This document shows, in pieces, positions 24,516-39,700 of a stretch of DNA of 64,000 nucleotides. The notes under the pieces were generated by a model that was given only the letters and a program-made list of their open reading frames with translations, had not been told where the DNA came from and ran no database searches. This stretch comes from Eledone cirrhosa (lineage: Eukaryota): positions 20,460,001 through 20,524,000 of the forward strand of contig OZ024752.1 in the NCBI GenBank assembly GCA_964016885.1, read 5' to 3'. A program made the position numbers and the translations under genes. Position 1 is the first letter of the stretch. Every line of letters starts with the position of its first letter.

Positions 24516-27500
24516 TCTTTCTCTTCAAACCTGCCGTATCTGGCCAGAATTCGCTCACATCTTTCTCTTCAAACCAGTCATGTCTGGCCAGAATCCTCTC
24601 AATTCTTTCTCTTCAAGCCTGCCATATCCAGCCAGATTTCTCTCACTTCTTTCTCTTCAAACCTGTCATATCAGGCCAGAATTCACTCACCTCCTTCTTT
24701 ACAAAGCAGCCATATCAGCCCAGCTTTCTCTCACCTCTTTCTCTTCAAACCAGTCATATCTGGCCAGAGTTTTCTCACCTCTTTCTCTTCAAATCATTCA
24801 TATCCAGCCAGAATTCTCTCACCTCTTTCTCTTCAAACTTGCCATATCCAGCCAGAATTCTCTCTCCTCTTTCTCTTCAAAACAATCATATCCAGCCAGA
24901 ATTCTCTCACTTCTTTCTCTTCAAACCGACCATATCCAAACATAATTCTCTCACCCTTTCTCTTCAAACCAGCCATATGTGGCCAGAATTCTCTCACCTC
25001 TCTCTGTTCAAACTTGCCATATCTGGCCAGAATTCTCTCACCTCTTTCTCTTCAAACCGGCCATATACAGCCAGAATTCTCTCACCTCTTTCTCTTCAAA
25101 CCTGTCATATCCAGCCAGATTTATTTCACTTCTTTCTCTTCAAACCATTCATATCCAGCCAGATTACTCTCACCTCTTTCTATTTAAACCAATCATATCC
25201 AGCCAGATTTATTTCACTTCTTTCTCTTCAAACCTGTCATATCTGGCCAGAATTCTCTCACCTACTTCTCTTCAAACCAACCATATCTGGTCAGAATTCT
25301 CTCACCTCTTTCTCTTCAAACTTGACATATCCGGACAGAATTCTTTCACCTCTTTCTCTTCAAACCTCCCATATATGTGCCAGAATTCTCTCACCTCTTT
25401 CTCTTCAAACCAGTCTTATCCAGCCACAATTCTCTCACCTCTTTCTCTTCAAACCAGTCATACCCAGCCAGAATCCTCTCACCTCTTTCTCTTCAAATCT
25501 GTCACGTCTGGCCAGAATTCTCTCACCTCTTTCTCTTCAAAGCAGTCATATCCAGCCAGAATTCTCTCACCTCTTTCTCTTCAAACCTGCCATATCCAGG
25601 CTGAATTCTCTCACATCTTTCTATTCAAACCAGTCATATCCAGCCAGATTTCTCTCAGCTCTTTCTCTTCAAACCGGCAATATCTGGCCAGAATTCTCTC
25701 CCCCCTTCTCTTCAAACCTGTCATATCCAATCAGAATTCTCTCACCTCTTTCTCTTCAAACCAGCCATATCTAGCCAGAATTCTCTCACCTCTTCTCTTC
25801 AAACCGGTCTTATCCAGCCAGAATTCTCTCACTTCTTTCTCTTCAAATCTGTCATATCTGGCCAGAATTCTCTCACCTCCTTCTCTTCAAACCAACCATA
25901 TTTGGTCAGAATTCTCTCACCTCTTTCTCTTCAAACTAGCCATATCTGGCCAGAATTCTCCCACCTCTTTCTCTTCAAACCTGCCATATCCAGACAAAAT
26001 TCTCTCACCTCTTTCTCTTCAAACCAGCCATATCTGGCCAGAATTCTCTCACCTCTTTCTCTTCAAACCTGCCATATCCAGCCAGAATTCTCTCACCTCT
26101 TTCTCTTCAAACCTGCCATATCCAGCCAGAATTCTCTCACCTTTTTCTCTTCAAACCTAGTATATCTGGCCAGAATTCTCTCACCTCTTTCTCTTCAAAC
26201 CATTCATATCCAGCCAGAATTCTCTCACCTCTTTCTCTTCAAACCATTTATATCCAGCCAGAATTCTCTCACCTCTTTCTCTTCAAACCATTCATATCCA
26301 GCCAGAATTCTCTCACTTCTTTCTCTTCAAACCTGTCATATCTGGCCAGAATTCTCTCACCTCCTTCTCTTCAAACCAACCATATTTGGTCAGAATTCTC
26401 TCACCTCTTTCTCTTCAAACTTGCCATATCTGGCCAGAATTCTCCCACCTCTTTCTCTTCAAACCTGCCATATCCAGACAAAATTCTCTCACCTCTTTCT
26501 CTTCAAACCAGCCATATCTGGCCAGAATTCTCTCACCTCTTTCTCTTCAAACCTGCCATATCCAGCCAGAATTCCCTCACTTCTTTCTCTGCAAACCTGC
26601 CATATCTGGCCAGAATTCTCTCACCTCTTTCTCTTCAAACCTGCCATATCTGGCCAGAATTCTCTCACCTCTTTCTCTTCTAAACGGCCATATCTGGCCA
26701 GAATTCTCTCACGTCTTTCTGTTCAAACCTGCCATATCTGGCCAGAATTCTCTCACCTCTTTCTCTTCAAACCTGCCGTATCTGGCCAGAATTCGCTCAC
26801 ATCTTTCTCTTCAAACCAGTCATGTCTGGCCAGAATCCTCTCAATTCTTTCTCTTCAAGCCTGCCATATCCAGCCAGATTTCTCTCACTTCTTTCTCTTC
26901 AAACCTGTCATATCAGTCCAGAATTCACTCACCTCCTTCTTTACAAAGCAGCCATATCAGCCCAGCTTTCTCTCACCTCTTTCTCTTCAAACCAGTCATA
27001 TCTGGCCAGAATTTTCTCACCTCTTTCTCTTCAAATCATTCATATCCAGCCAGAATTCTCTCACCTCTTTCTCTTCAAACCTGCCATATCCAGCCAGAAT
27101 TCTCTCTCCTCTTTCTCTTCAAAACAATCATATCCAGCCAGAATTCTCTCACTTCTTTCTCTTCAAACCGACCATATCCAAACATAATTCTCTCACCCTT
27201 TCTCTTCAAACCAGCCATATGTGGCCAGAATTCTCTCACCTCTCTCTGTTCAAACTTGCCATATCTGGCCAGAATTCTCTCACCTCTTTCTCTTCAAACC
27301 GGCCATATACAGCCAGAATTCTCTCACCTCTTTCTCTTCAAACCTGTCATATCCAGCCAGATTTATTTCACTTCTTTCTCTTCAAACCATTCATATCCAG
27401 CCAGATTACTCTCACCTCTTTCTATTTAAACCAATCATATCCAGCCAGATTTATTTCACTTCTTTCTCTTCAAACCTGTCATATCTGGCCAGAATTCTCT

Positions 27501-28815
27501 CACCTACTTCTCTTCAAACCAACCATATCTGGTCAGAATTCTCTCACCTCTTTCTCTTCAAACTTGACATATCCGGACAGAATTCTTTCACCTCTTTCTC
27601 TTCAAACCTCCCATATATGTGCCAGAATTCTCTCACCTCTTTCTCTTCAAACCAGTCTTATCCAGCCACAATTCTCTCACCTCTTTCTCTTCAAACCAGT
27701 CATACCCAGCCAGAATCCTCTCACCTCTTTCTCTTCAAATCTGTCACGTCTGGCCAGAATTCTCTCACCTCTTTCTCTTCAATGCAGTCATATCCAGCCA
27801 GAATTCTCTCACCTCTTTCTCTTCAAACCTGCCATATCCAGGCTGAATTCTCTCACATCTTTCTATTCAAACCAGTCATATCCAGCCAGATTTCTCTCAG
27901 CTCTTTCTCTTCAAACCGGCAATATCTGGCCAGAATTCTCTCCCCCCTTCTCTTCAAACCTGTCATATCCAATCAGAATACTCTCACCTCTTTCTCTTCA
28001 AACCAGCCATATCTAGCGAGAATTCTCTCACCTCTTCTCTTCAAACCGGCCTTATCCAGCCAGAATTCTCTCACTTCTTTCTCTTCAAATCTGTCATATC
28101 TGGCCAGAATTCTCTCACCTCCTTCTCTTCAAACCAACCATATTTGGTCAGAATTCTCACACCTCTTTCTCTTCAAACTAGCCATATCTGGCCAGAATTC
28201 TCCCACCTCTTTCTCTTCAAACCTGCCATATCCAGACAAAATTCTCTCACCTCTTTCTCTTCAAACCAGCCATATCTGGCCAGAATTCTCTCACCTCTTT
28301 CTCTTCAAACCTGCCATATCCAGCCAGAATTCTCTCACCTCTTTCTCTTCAAACCTGCCATATCCAGCCAGAATTCTCTCACCTTTTTCTCTTCAAACCT
28401 AGTATATCTGGCCAGAATTCTCTCACCTCTTTCTCTTCAAACCATTCATATCCAGCCAGAATTCTCTCACCTCTTTCTCTTCAAACCATTTATATCCAGC
28501 CAGAATTCTCTCACCTCTTTCTCTTCAAACCATTCATATCCAGCCAGAATTCTCTCACTTCTTTCTCTTCAAACCTGTCATATCTGGCCAGAATTCTCTC
28601 ACCTCCTTCTCTTCAAACCAACCATATTTGGTCAGAATTCTCTCACCTCTTTCTCTTCAAACTTGCCAAATCTGGCCAGAATTCTCCCACCTCTTTCTCT
28701 TCAAACCTGCCATATCCAGACAAAATTCTCTCACCTCTTTCTCTTCAAACCAGCCATATCTGGCCAGAATTCTCTCACCTCTTTCTCTTCAAACCTGCCA
28801 TATCCAGCCAGAATT
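24516..28815. repeat. Higher-order duplication, 2242-bp period (~51 monomers)
   Basis: ORF pairs 24979/27221, 25377/27619, 25902/28144 and 26386/28628 are all offset by 2242. Marker CTGCCGTATC at 24531 and 26773, with a partial third copy near 29340-30070. Confidence 0.88.
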
Positions 28816-30799
28816 CTCTCACCTCTTTCTCTTCAAACCTGCCATATCCAGCCAGAATTCTCTCACCTCTTTCTCTTCAAACCTACCATATCTGGCCAGA
28901 ATTCTCTCACCTCTTTCTCTTCAAACTATTCATATCCAGCCAGAATTCTCTCACCTCTTTCTCTTCAAACCAGCCATATCTGGCCAGAATTCTCTCACTT
29001 CTTTCTCTTCAAACCTGCCATATCTGGCCATAATTCTCTCACCTCTTTCTCTTCAAACCTACTATATCTGGCCAGAATTCTCTCACCTCTTTCTCTTGAA
29101 ACCATTCATATCCAGCCAGATTTCTCTCACATCTTTCTCATCAAACCTGTCATATCCAACCAGAATTCCCTCACTTCTTTCTCTTCAAACCTGCCATATC
29201 TGGCCAGAATTCTTTCACCTCTTTCTCTTCAAACCTGCCATATCTGGCCAGAATTCTCTCACCTCTTTCTCTTCAAACCTGCCATATCCAGCCAGAATTC
29301 TCTCACCTCTTTCTCTTCAAACCAGTCATATCCAGCCAGATTTCTCTCACATCTTTCTCATGAAACCTGTCATATCCAACCAGAATTCCCTCACTTCTTT
29401 CTCTTCAAACCTGCCATATCTGGCCAGAATTCTCTCACCTCTTTCTCTTCTAAACGGCCATATCTGGCCAGAATTCTCTCACCTCTTTCTGTTCAAACCT
29501 GCCATATCTGGCCAGAATTCTCTCACCTCTTTCTCTTCAAACCTGCCGTATCTGGCCAGAATTCGCTCACTTCTTTCTCTTCAAACCTGTCATGTCTGGC
29601 CAGAATCCTCTCAATTCTTTCTCTTCAAGCCTGCCATATCTGGGCAGAATTCTCTCACCTCTTTCTCTTCAAACCTGTCATATCAGGCCAGAATTCACCC
29701 ACCTCCTTCTTTAAAAAGCAGCCATATCAGCCCAGCTTTCTCTCACCTCTTTCTCTTCAAACCAGTCATATCTGGCCAGAATTTTCTCACCTCTTTCTCT
29801 TCAAATCATTCATATCCAGCCAGAATTCTCTCACCTCTTTCTCTTCAAACCTGCCATATCTGGCCAGAATTCTCTCTCCTCTTTCTCTTCAAAACAATCA
29901 TATCCAGCCAGAATTCTCTCACTTCTTTCTCTTCAAACCGACCATATCCAACCATAATTCTCTCACCCTTTCTCTTCAAACCAGCCATATGTGGCCAGAA
30001 TTCTTTCACCTCTCTCTGTTCAAACTTGCCATATCTGGCCAGAATTCTCTCACCTCTTTCTCTTCAAACCGGCCATATCCAACCAGAATTCTCTCACCTC
30101 TTTCTCTTCAAACCTGCCATATCCAACCAGAATTCTCTCACATCTTTCTCTTCAAACATGCCATATCCAGCCAGAATTCTCTCACCTCTTTCTCATCAAA
30201 CCTACCATATCTGGCCACAATTCTCTCACCTCTTTCTCTTCAAACCATTCATATCCAGCCAGAATTCTCTCACCTCTATCTCTTCAAACCATTCATATCC
30301 AGCCAAAATTCTCTCACCTCTTTCTCCTCAAAACTGCCATATCTGTGCCAGAATTCTCTCACCTCTTTCTCTCCAAACCTGCCATATCCAACCAGAATTC
30401 TCTCACATCTTTCTCTTCAAACCAGTCATGTCCAGCCAAAATTCTCTCACCTCTTTCTTTTTAAACTGGCGATATCTGGCCCGAATTCTCTCACTTCTTT
30501 CTCGTCAAACCAGTCATACCCAAACCGAATTCTTTCACCCCTTTCTCTTCAAACCTGCCATATCTGGCCAGAATTCTCTCAGCTCTTTCTCTTCAAATCT
30601 GTCACATCTGGCCAGAATTCTCTCACCTCTTTCTCTTCAAAGCAGTCATATCCAGCCAGAATTCTCTCACCTCTTCTCTTCAAATCTGCCATATCCAGCC
30701 AGAATTCTCTCACCTCTTTCTCTTCAAACCTGCCATATCCAGCCAGAATTCTCTCACCTCTTTCTCTTCAAACCTGCCATATCCAGCCAGATTTATCTC

Positions 30800-33700
30800 A
30801 CTTCTTTCTCTTCAAACCTGTCATATCTGGCCAGAATTCTCTCACGTCCTTCTCTTCAAACCAACTATATTTGGTCAGAATTCTCTCACCTCTTTCTCTT
30901 CAAACTTGACATATCTGGACAGAATTCTCCCACCTCTTTCTCTTCAAACCTCCCATATATGTGCCACAATTCTCTCAACTCTTTCTCTTCAAACCAGTCT
31001 TATCCAGCCAGAATTCTCTCTCCTCTTTGTCTTTAAACCGGCCATATCTGGCCAGAATTCTCTTAGATCTTTCTCTTCAAACCGGTCATACCCAGCTAGA
31101 ATTATCTCACCTCTTTCTCTTCAAATCTGTCACATCTGGCCAGCATTCTCTCACCTCTTTCTCTTCAAAGCAGTCATATCCAGCCAGAATTCTCTCACCT
31201 CTTTCTCTTCAAACCTGCCATATCCAGCCAGATTTCTCTCCCCTCTTTCTCTTCAAACTGGCCATTTCTGGCCAGAATTCTCTCACCTCTCCTATTCAAA
31301 CCTGCCATATCCAACCATAATTCTCTCACATCTTTCTCTTCAAACCTGCCATATCCAGCCAAAATTCTCTCACCTCTTTCTCCTCAAAACTGCCATATCT
31401 GTGCCAGAATTCTCTCACCTCTTTCTCTCCAAACCTGCCATATCCAACCAGAATTCTCTCACATCTTTCTCTTCAAACCAGTCATATCCAGCCAAAATTC
31501 TCTCACCTCTTTCTTTTAAACTGGCGATATCTGGCCCGAATTCTCTCACTTCTTTCTCGTCAAACCAGTCATACCCAGCCAGAATTCTTTCACCCCTTTC
31601 TCTTCAAACCTGCCATATCTGGCCAGAATTCTCTCACCTCTTTCTCTTCAAATCTGTCACATCTGGCCAGAATTCTCTCACCTCTTTCTCTTCAAAGCAG
31701 TCATATCCAGCCAGAATTCTCTCAGCTCTTCTCTTCAAACCTGCCATATCCAGCCAGAATTCTCTCACCTCTTTCTCTTCAAACCTGCCATATCCAGCCA
31801 GAATTCTCTCACCTCTTTCTCTTCAAACCTGCCATATCCAGCCAGATTTATCTCACCTCTTTCTCTTCAAACCGGCCATATCTGGCCAGAATTCTCTCAC
31901 CTCCCTCTCTTCAAACCTGCCATATCCAACCAGAATTCTCTCACATCTTTCTCTTCAAACCAGCCATATGTGGCCAGAATTCTCTCACCTCTCTCTGTTC
32001 AAACTTGCCATATCTGGCCCGAATTCTCTCACCCCTTTCTCTTCAAACTTGACATATCCGGACAGAATTCTCCCACCGCTTTCTCTTCAAACATCCCATA
32101 TATGTGCCACAATTCTCTCACCTCTTTCTCTCAAACCTGCAATATCTGGCCAGAATTCTCTCACCTCTTTCTCTTCAAACCTGCCATATCCAACCAGAAT
32201 TCTCTCACCTCTTTCTCTTCAAACCTGCCATATCCAACCAGAATTCTCTCACATCTTTCTCTTCAAACATGCCATATCCAGCCAGAATTCTCTCACCTCT
32301 TTCTCTTCAAACCTACCATATCTGGCCACAATTCTCTCACCTCTTTCTCTTCAAACCATTCATATCCAGCCAGAATTCTCTCACCTCTATCTCTTCAAAC
32401 CATTCATATCCAGCCAGAATTCTCTCACCTCTTTCTCTTCAAACCATTCATATCCAGCCAGAATTCTCTCACGTCTTTCTCTTCAAACCAATCATATCCA
32501 GCCACAATTCTCTCACCTCTTTCTCTTCAAACCATTCATATCCAGCCAGAATTCTCTCACCTCTTTCTCTTCAAACCATTCATATCCAGCCAGAATTCTC
32601 TCACCTCTTTCTCTTCAAACCATTCATATCCAGCCAGAATTCTCTCACCTCTATCTCTTCAAACCATTCATATCCAGCCAGAATTCTCTTACCTCTTTCT
32701 CTTCAAACCATTCATATCCAGCCAGAATTCTCTCACCTCTTTCTCTTCAAACCAATCATATCCAGCCACAATTCTCTCACCTCTTTCTCTTCAAACCATT
32801 CATATCCAGCCAGATTTCTCTCACATCTTTCTCATCAAACCTGTCATATCCAGCCAGAATTCCCTCACTTCTTTCTCTTCACACCTGCCATATCTGGCCA
32901 GAATTCTCTCACCTCTTTCTGTTCAAACCTGCCATATCTGGCCAGAATTCGCTCACTTCTTTCTCTTCAAACCAGTCATGTCTGGCCAGAATCTTCTAAA
33001 TTCTTTCTCTTCAAGCCTGCCATATCCAGCCAGAATTCTCTCACCTCTGTCTCTTCAAACCTGCCATATCCGGCCAGAATTCTCTCACCTCCTTCTCTTC
33101 AAACCAACCATATCTGGTCAGAATTTTCTCACCTCTTTCTCTTCAAACCTGCCATATCTGTCCAGAATTCTCTCACCTCTTTCTCTTCAAACTATTCATA
33201 TCTAGCCAGAATTCTCTCACCGCTTTCTCTTCAAACTTGCCATATTCAACCAGAATTCTCTAGCCTCTTTCTCTTCAAACCAGTCATACCCAGCCAGAAC
33301 TCTTTCACCCCTTTCTCTTCAAACCAGCCATATGTGGCCAGAATTCTCTCACCTCTTTCTCTTCAAAACGGCCATATCCTGCCAGAATTCTGTCACCTCT
33401 TTCTATTCAAACCTGCCATATCTGGCAAGAATTCTCTCACCTCTTTCTCTTCAAACCATTCATATCCAGCCAGAATTCTCTCACCTCTTTCTCTTCAAAC
33501 CGGCCATATCCAGCCAGAATTCTCTCACGTCCTTCTCTTCAAACCAACTATATTTGGTCAGAATTCTCTCACCTCTTTCTCTTCAAACCTGCCATATCAA
33601 ACCAGAATTCTTTCAACTCTTTCTCTTCAAACCGACCTTATGCAGCCAGAATTCTCTCACTTCTTTCTCTTCAAACCTGTCATATCTGGCCAGAATTCTC

Positions 33701-36700
33701 TCACGTCCTTCTCTTCAAACCAACTATATTTGGTCAGAATTCTCTCACCTCTTTCTCTTCAAACTTGACATATCTGGACAGAATTCTCCCACCTCTTTCT
33801 CTTCAAACCTCCCATATATGTGCCACAATTCTCTCAACTCTTTCTCTTCAAACCAGTCTTATCCAGCCAGAATTCTCTCTCCTCTTTGTCTTTAAACCGG
33901 CCATATCTGGCCAGAATTCTCTTAGATCTTTCTCTTCAAACCGGTCATACCCAGCTAGAATTATCTCACCTCTTTCTCTTCAAATCTGTCACATCTGGCC
34001 AGCATTCTCTCACCTCTTTCTCGTCAAACCAGTCATACCCAAACAGAATTCTTTCACCCCTTTCTCTTCAAACTTGCCATATCCAGCCAGAATTCTCTCA
34101 CCTCTTTCTCTTCAAACCTGCCATATCCAACCAGAATTCTCTCACCTCTTTCTCTTCAAACCTGCCATATCCAGCCAGATTTATCTCACCTCTTTCTCTT
34201 CGAACCGGCCATATCTGGCCAGAATTCTCTCACCTCCCTCTCTTCAAACCTGCCATATCCAGCCAGAATTCTCTCACCTCTTTCTCTTCAAACCTGCCAT
34301 ATCCAGCCAGAATTCTCTCACCTCTTTCTCTTCAAACCTGCCATATCCAGCCAGATTTATCTCACCTCTTTCTCTTCAAACCGGCCATATCTGGCCAGAA
34401 TTCTCTCACCTCCCTCTCTTCAAACCTGCCATATCCAACCAGAATTCTCTCACATCTTTCTCTTCAAACCAGCCATATGTGGCCAGAATTCTCTCACCTC
34501 TCTCTGTTCAAACTTGCCATATCTGGCCCGAATTCTCTCACCCCTTTCTCTTCAAACTTGACATATCCGGACAGAATTCTCCCACCGCTTTCTCTTCCAA
34601 CATCCCATATATGTGCCAAAATTCTCTCACCTCTTTCTCTCAAACCTGCAATATCTGGCCAGAATTCTCTCACCTCTTTCTCTTCAAACCTGCCATATCC
34701 AACCAGAATTCTCTCACATCTTTCTCTTCAAACATGCCATATCCAGCCAGAATTCTCTCACCTCTTTCTCATCAAACCTACCATATCTGGCCACAATTCT
34801 CTCACCTCTTTCTCTTCAAACCATTCATATCCTGCCAGAATTCTCTCACCTCTATCTCTTCAAAACATTCATATCCAGCCAAAATTCTCTCACCTCTTTC
34901 TCCTCAAAACTGCCATATCTGTGCCAGAATTCTCTCACCTCTTTCTCTCCAAACCTGCCATATCCAACCAGAAGTCTCTCACATCTTTCTCTTCAAACCA
35001 GTCATATCCAGCCAAAATTCTCTCACCTCTTTCTTTTTAAACTGGCGATATCTGGCCCGAATTCTCTCACTTCTTTCTCGTCAAACCAGTCATACCCAAA
35101 CAGAATTCTTTCACCCCTTTCTCTTCAAACCTGCCATATCTGGCCAGAATTCTCTCAGCTCTTTCTCTTCAAATCTGTCACATCTGGCCAGAATTCTCTC
35201 ACCTCTTTCTCTTCAAAGCAGTCATATCCAGCCAGAATTCTCTCACCTCTTCTCTTCAAACCTGCCATATCCAGCCAGAATTCTCTCACCTCTTTCTCTT
35301 CAAACCTGCCATATCCAGCCAGAATTCTCGCACCTCTTTCTCTTCAAACCTGCCATATCCAGCCAGATTTATCTCACCTCTTTCTCTTCAAACCGGCCAT
35401 ATCTGGCCAGAATTCTCTCACTTCCCTCTCTTCAAACCTGCCATATCCAACCAGAATTCTCTCACATCTTTCTCTTCAAACCAGCCATATGTGGCCAGAA
35501 TTCTCTCACCTCTCTCTGTTCAAACTTGCCATATCTGGCCCGAATTCTCTCACCCCTGTCTCTTCAAACTTGACATATCTGGCCAGAATTCTCTCACCTC
35601 TTTCTCTTCAAACCTGCCATATCCAACCAGAATTCTCTCACCTCTTTCTCTTCAAACCTGCCATATCCAACCAGAATTCTCTCACATCTTTCTCTTCAAA
35701 CATGCCATATCCAGCCAGAATTCTCTCACCTCCTTCTCTTCAAACCTACCATATCTGGCCACAATTCTCTCACCTCTTTCTCTTCAAACCATTCATATCC
35801 AGCCAGAATTCTCTCACCTCTATCTCTTCAAACCATTCATATCCAGCCAGAATTCTCTCACCTCTTTCTCTTCAAACCATTCATATCCAGCCAGAATTCT
35901 CTCACGTCTTTCTCTTCAAACCAATCATATCCAGCCACAATTCTCTCACCTCTTTCTCTTCAAACCATTCATATCCAGCCAGAATTCTCTCACCTCTTTC
36001 TCTTCAAACCATTCATATCCAGCCAGAATTCTCTCACCTCTTTCTCTTCAAACCATTCATATCCAGCCAGAATTCTCTCACCCCTTTCTCTTCAAACCAA
36101 TCATATCCAGCCACAATTCTCTCACCTCTTTCTCTTCAAACCATTCATATCCAGCCAGATTTCTCTCACATCTTTCTCATCAAACCTGTCATATCCAGCC
36201 AGAATTCCCTCACTTCTTTCTCTTCACACCTGCCATATCTGGCCAGAATTCTCTCACCTCTTTCTGTTCAAACCTGCCATATCTGGCCAGAATTCGCTCA
36301 CTTCTTTCTCTTCAAACCAGTCATGTCTGGCCAGAATCTTCTAAATTCTTTCTCTTCAAGCCTGCCATATCCAGCCAGAATTCTCTCACCTCTGTCTCTT
36401 CAAACCTGCCATATCCGGCCAGAATTCTCTCACCTCCTTCTCTTCAAACCAACCATATCTGGTCAGAATTTTCTCACCTCTTTCTCTTCAAACCTGCCAT
36501 ATCTGTCCAGAATTCTCTCACCTCTTTCTCTTCAAACTATTCATATCTAGCCAGAATTCTCTCACCGCTTTCTCTTCAAACTTGCCATATTCAACCAGAA
36601 TTCTCTAGCCTCTTTCTCTTCAAACCAGTCATACCCAGCCAGAACTCTTTCACCCCTTTCTCTTCAAACCAGCCATATGTGGCCAGAATTCTCTCACCTC

Positions 36701-39700
36701 TTTCTCTTCAAAACGGCCATATCCTGCCAGAATTCTGTCACCTCTTTCTATTCAAACCTGCCATATCTGGCAAGAATTCTCTCACCTCTTTCTCTTCAAA
36801 CCATTCATATCCAGCCAGAATTCTCTCACCTCTTTCTCTTCAAACCGGCCATATCCAGCCAGAATTCTCTCACGTCCTTCTCTTCAAACCAACTATATTT
36901 GGTCAGAATTCTCTCACCTCTTTCTCTTCAAACCTGCCATATCAAACCAGAATTCTTTCAACTCTTTCTCTTCAAACCGACCTTATGCAGCCAGAATTCT
37001 CTCACTTCTTTCTCTTCAAACCTGTCATATCTGGCCAGAATTCTCTCACGTCCTTCTTTTCAAACCAACTATATTTGGTCAGAATTCTCTCACCTCTTTC
37101 TCTTCAAACTTGACATATCTGGACAGAATTCTCCCACCTCTTTCTCTTCAAACCTCCCATATATGTGCCACAATTCTCTCAACTCTTTCTCTTCAAACCA
37201 GTCTTATCCAGCCAGAATTCTCTCTCCTCTTTGTCTTTAAACCGGCCATATCTGGCCAGAATTCTCTTAGATCTTTCTCTTCAAACCGGTCATACCCAGC
37301 TAGAATTATCTCACCTCTTTCTCTTCAAATCTGTCACATCTGGCCAGCATTCTCTCACCTCTTTCTCTTCAAACCAGTCATATCCAGCCAGAATTCTCTC
37401 ACCTCTTTCTCTTCAAACCTGCCATATCCAGCCAGAATTCTCTCACATCTTCCTCTTCAAACCAGTCATATCCAGCCAGATTTCTCTCCCCTCTTTCTCT
37501 TCAAACTGGCCATATCTGGCCAGAATTCTCTCACCTCTCCTATTCAAACCTGCCATATCCAACCATAATTCTCTCACATCTTTCTCTTCAAACCTGCCAT
37601 ATCCAGCCAAAATTCTCTCACCTCTTTCTCCTCAAAACTGCCATATCTGTGCCAGAATTCTCTCACCTCTTTCTCTCCAAACCTGCCATATCCAACCAGA
37701 ATTCTCTCACATCTTTCTCTTCAAACCAGTCATATCCAGCCAAAATTCTCTCACCTCTTTCTTTTAAACTGGCGATATCTGGCCCGAATTCTCTCACTTC
37801 TTTCTCGTCAAACCAGTCATACCCAGCCAGAATTCTTTCACCCCTTTCTCTTCAAACCTGCCATATCTGGCCAGAATTCTCTCACCTCTTTCTCTTCAAA
37901 TCTGTCACATCTGGCCAGAATTCTCTCACCTCTTTCTCTTCAAAGCAGTCATATCCAGCCAGAATTCTCTCACCTCTTCTCTTCAAACCTGCCATATCCA
38001 GCCAGAATTCTCTCACCTCTTTCTCTTCAAACCTGCCATATCCAGCCAGAATTCTCTCACCTCTTTCTCTTCAAACCTGCCATATCCAGCCAGATTTATC
38101 TCACCTCTTTCTCTTCAAACCGGCCATATCTGGCCAGAATTCTCTCACCTCCCTCTCTTCAAACCTGCCATATCCAACCAGAATTCTCTCACATCTTTCT
38201 CTTCAAACCAGCCATATGTGGCCAGAATTCTCTCACCTCTCTCTGTTCAAACTTGCCATATCTGGCCCGAATTCTCTCACCCCTTTCTCTTCAAACTTGA
38301 CATATCCGGACAGAATTCTCCCACCGCTTTCTCTTCAAACATCCCATATATGTGCCACAATTCTCTCACCTCTTTCTCTCAAACCTGCAATATCCAGCCA
38401 GAATTCTCTCACCTCTTTCTCTTCAAACCTGCCATATCCAGCCAGATTTATCTCACCTCTTTCTCTTCAAACCGGCCATATCTGGCCAGAATTCTCTCAC
38501 CTCCCTCTCTTCAAACCAGTCATATCCAACCAGAATTCTCTCACATCTTTCTCTTCAAACCAGCCATATGTGGCCAGAATTCTCTCACCTCTCTCTGTTC
38601 AAACTTGCCATATCTGGCCCGAATTCTCTCACCCCTTTCTCTTCAAACTTGACATATCCGGACAGAATTCTCCCACCGCTTTCTCTTCAAACATCCCATA
38701 TATGTGCCACAATTCTCTCACCTCTTTCTCTCAAACCTGCAATATATGGCCAGAATTCTCTCACCTCTTTCTCTTCAAACCTGCCATATCCAACCAGAAT
38801 TCTCTCACCTCTTTCTCTTCAAACCTGCCATATCCAACCAGAATTCTCTCACATCTTTCTCTTCAAACATGCCATATCCAGCCAGAATTCTCTCAACTCT
38901 TTCTCTTCAAACCTACCATATCTGGCCACAATTCTCTCACCTCTTTCTCTTCAAACCATTCATATCCAGCCAGAATTCTCTCACCTCTATCTCTTCAAAC
39001 CATTCATATCCAGCCAGAATTCTCTCACCTCTTTCTCTTCAAACCATTCATATCCAGCCAGAATTCTCTCACGTCTTTCTCTTCAAACCAATCATATCCA
39101 GCCACAATTCTCTCACCTCTTTCTCTTCAAACCATTCATATCCAGCCAGAATTCTCTCACCTCTTTCTCTTCAAACCATTCATATCCAGCCAGAATTCTC
39201 TCACCTCTTTCTCTTCAAACCATTCATATCCAGCCAGAATTCTCTCACCTCTATCTCTTCAAACCATTCATATCCAGCCAGAATTCTCTTACCTCTTTCT
39301 CTTCAAACCATTCATATCCAGCCAGAATTCTCTCACCTCTTTCTCTTCAAACCAATCATATCCAGCCACAATTCTCTCACCTCTTTCTCTTCAAACCATT
39401 CATATCCAGCCAGATTTCTCTCACATCTTTCTCATCAAACCTGTCATATCCAGCCAGAATTCCCTCACTTCTTTCTCTTCACACCTGCCATATCTGGCCA
39501 GAATTCTCTCACCTCTTTCTGTTCAAACCTGCCATATCTGGCCAGAATTCGCTCACTTCTTTCTCTTCAAACCAGTCATGTCTGGCCAGAATCTTCTAAA
39601 TTCTTTCTCTTCAAGCCTGCCATATCCAGCCAGAATTCTCTCACCTCTGTCTCTTCAAACCTGCCATATCCGGCCAGAATTCTCTCACCTCCTTCTCTTC

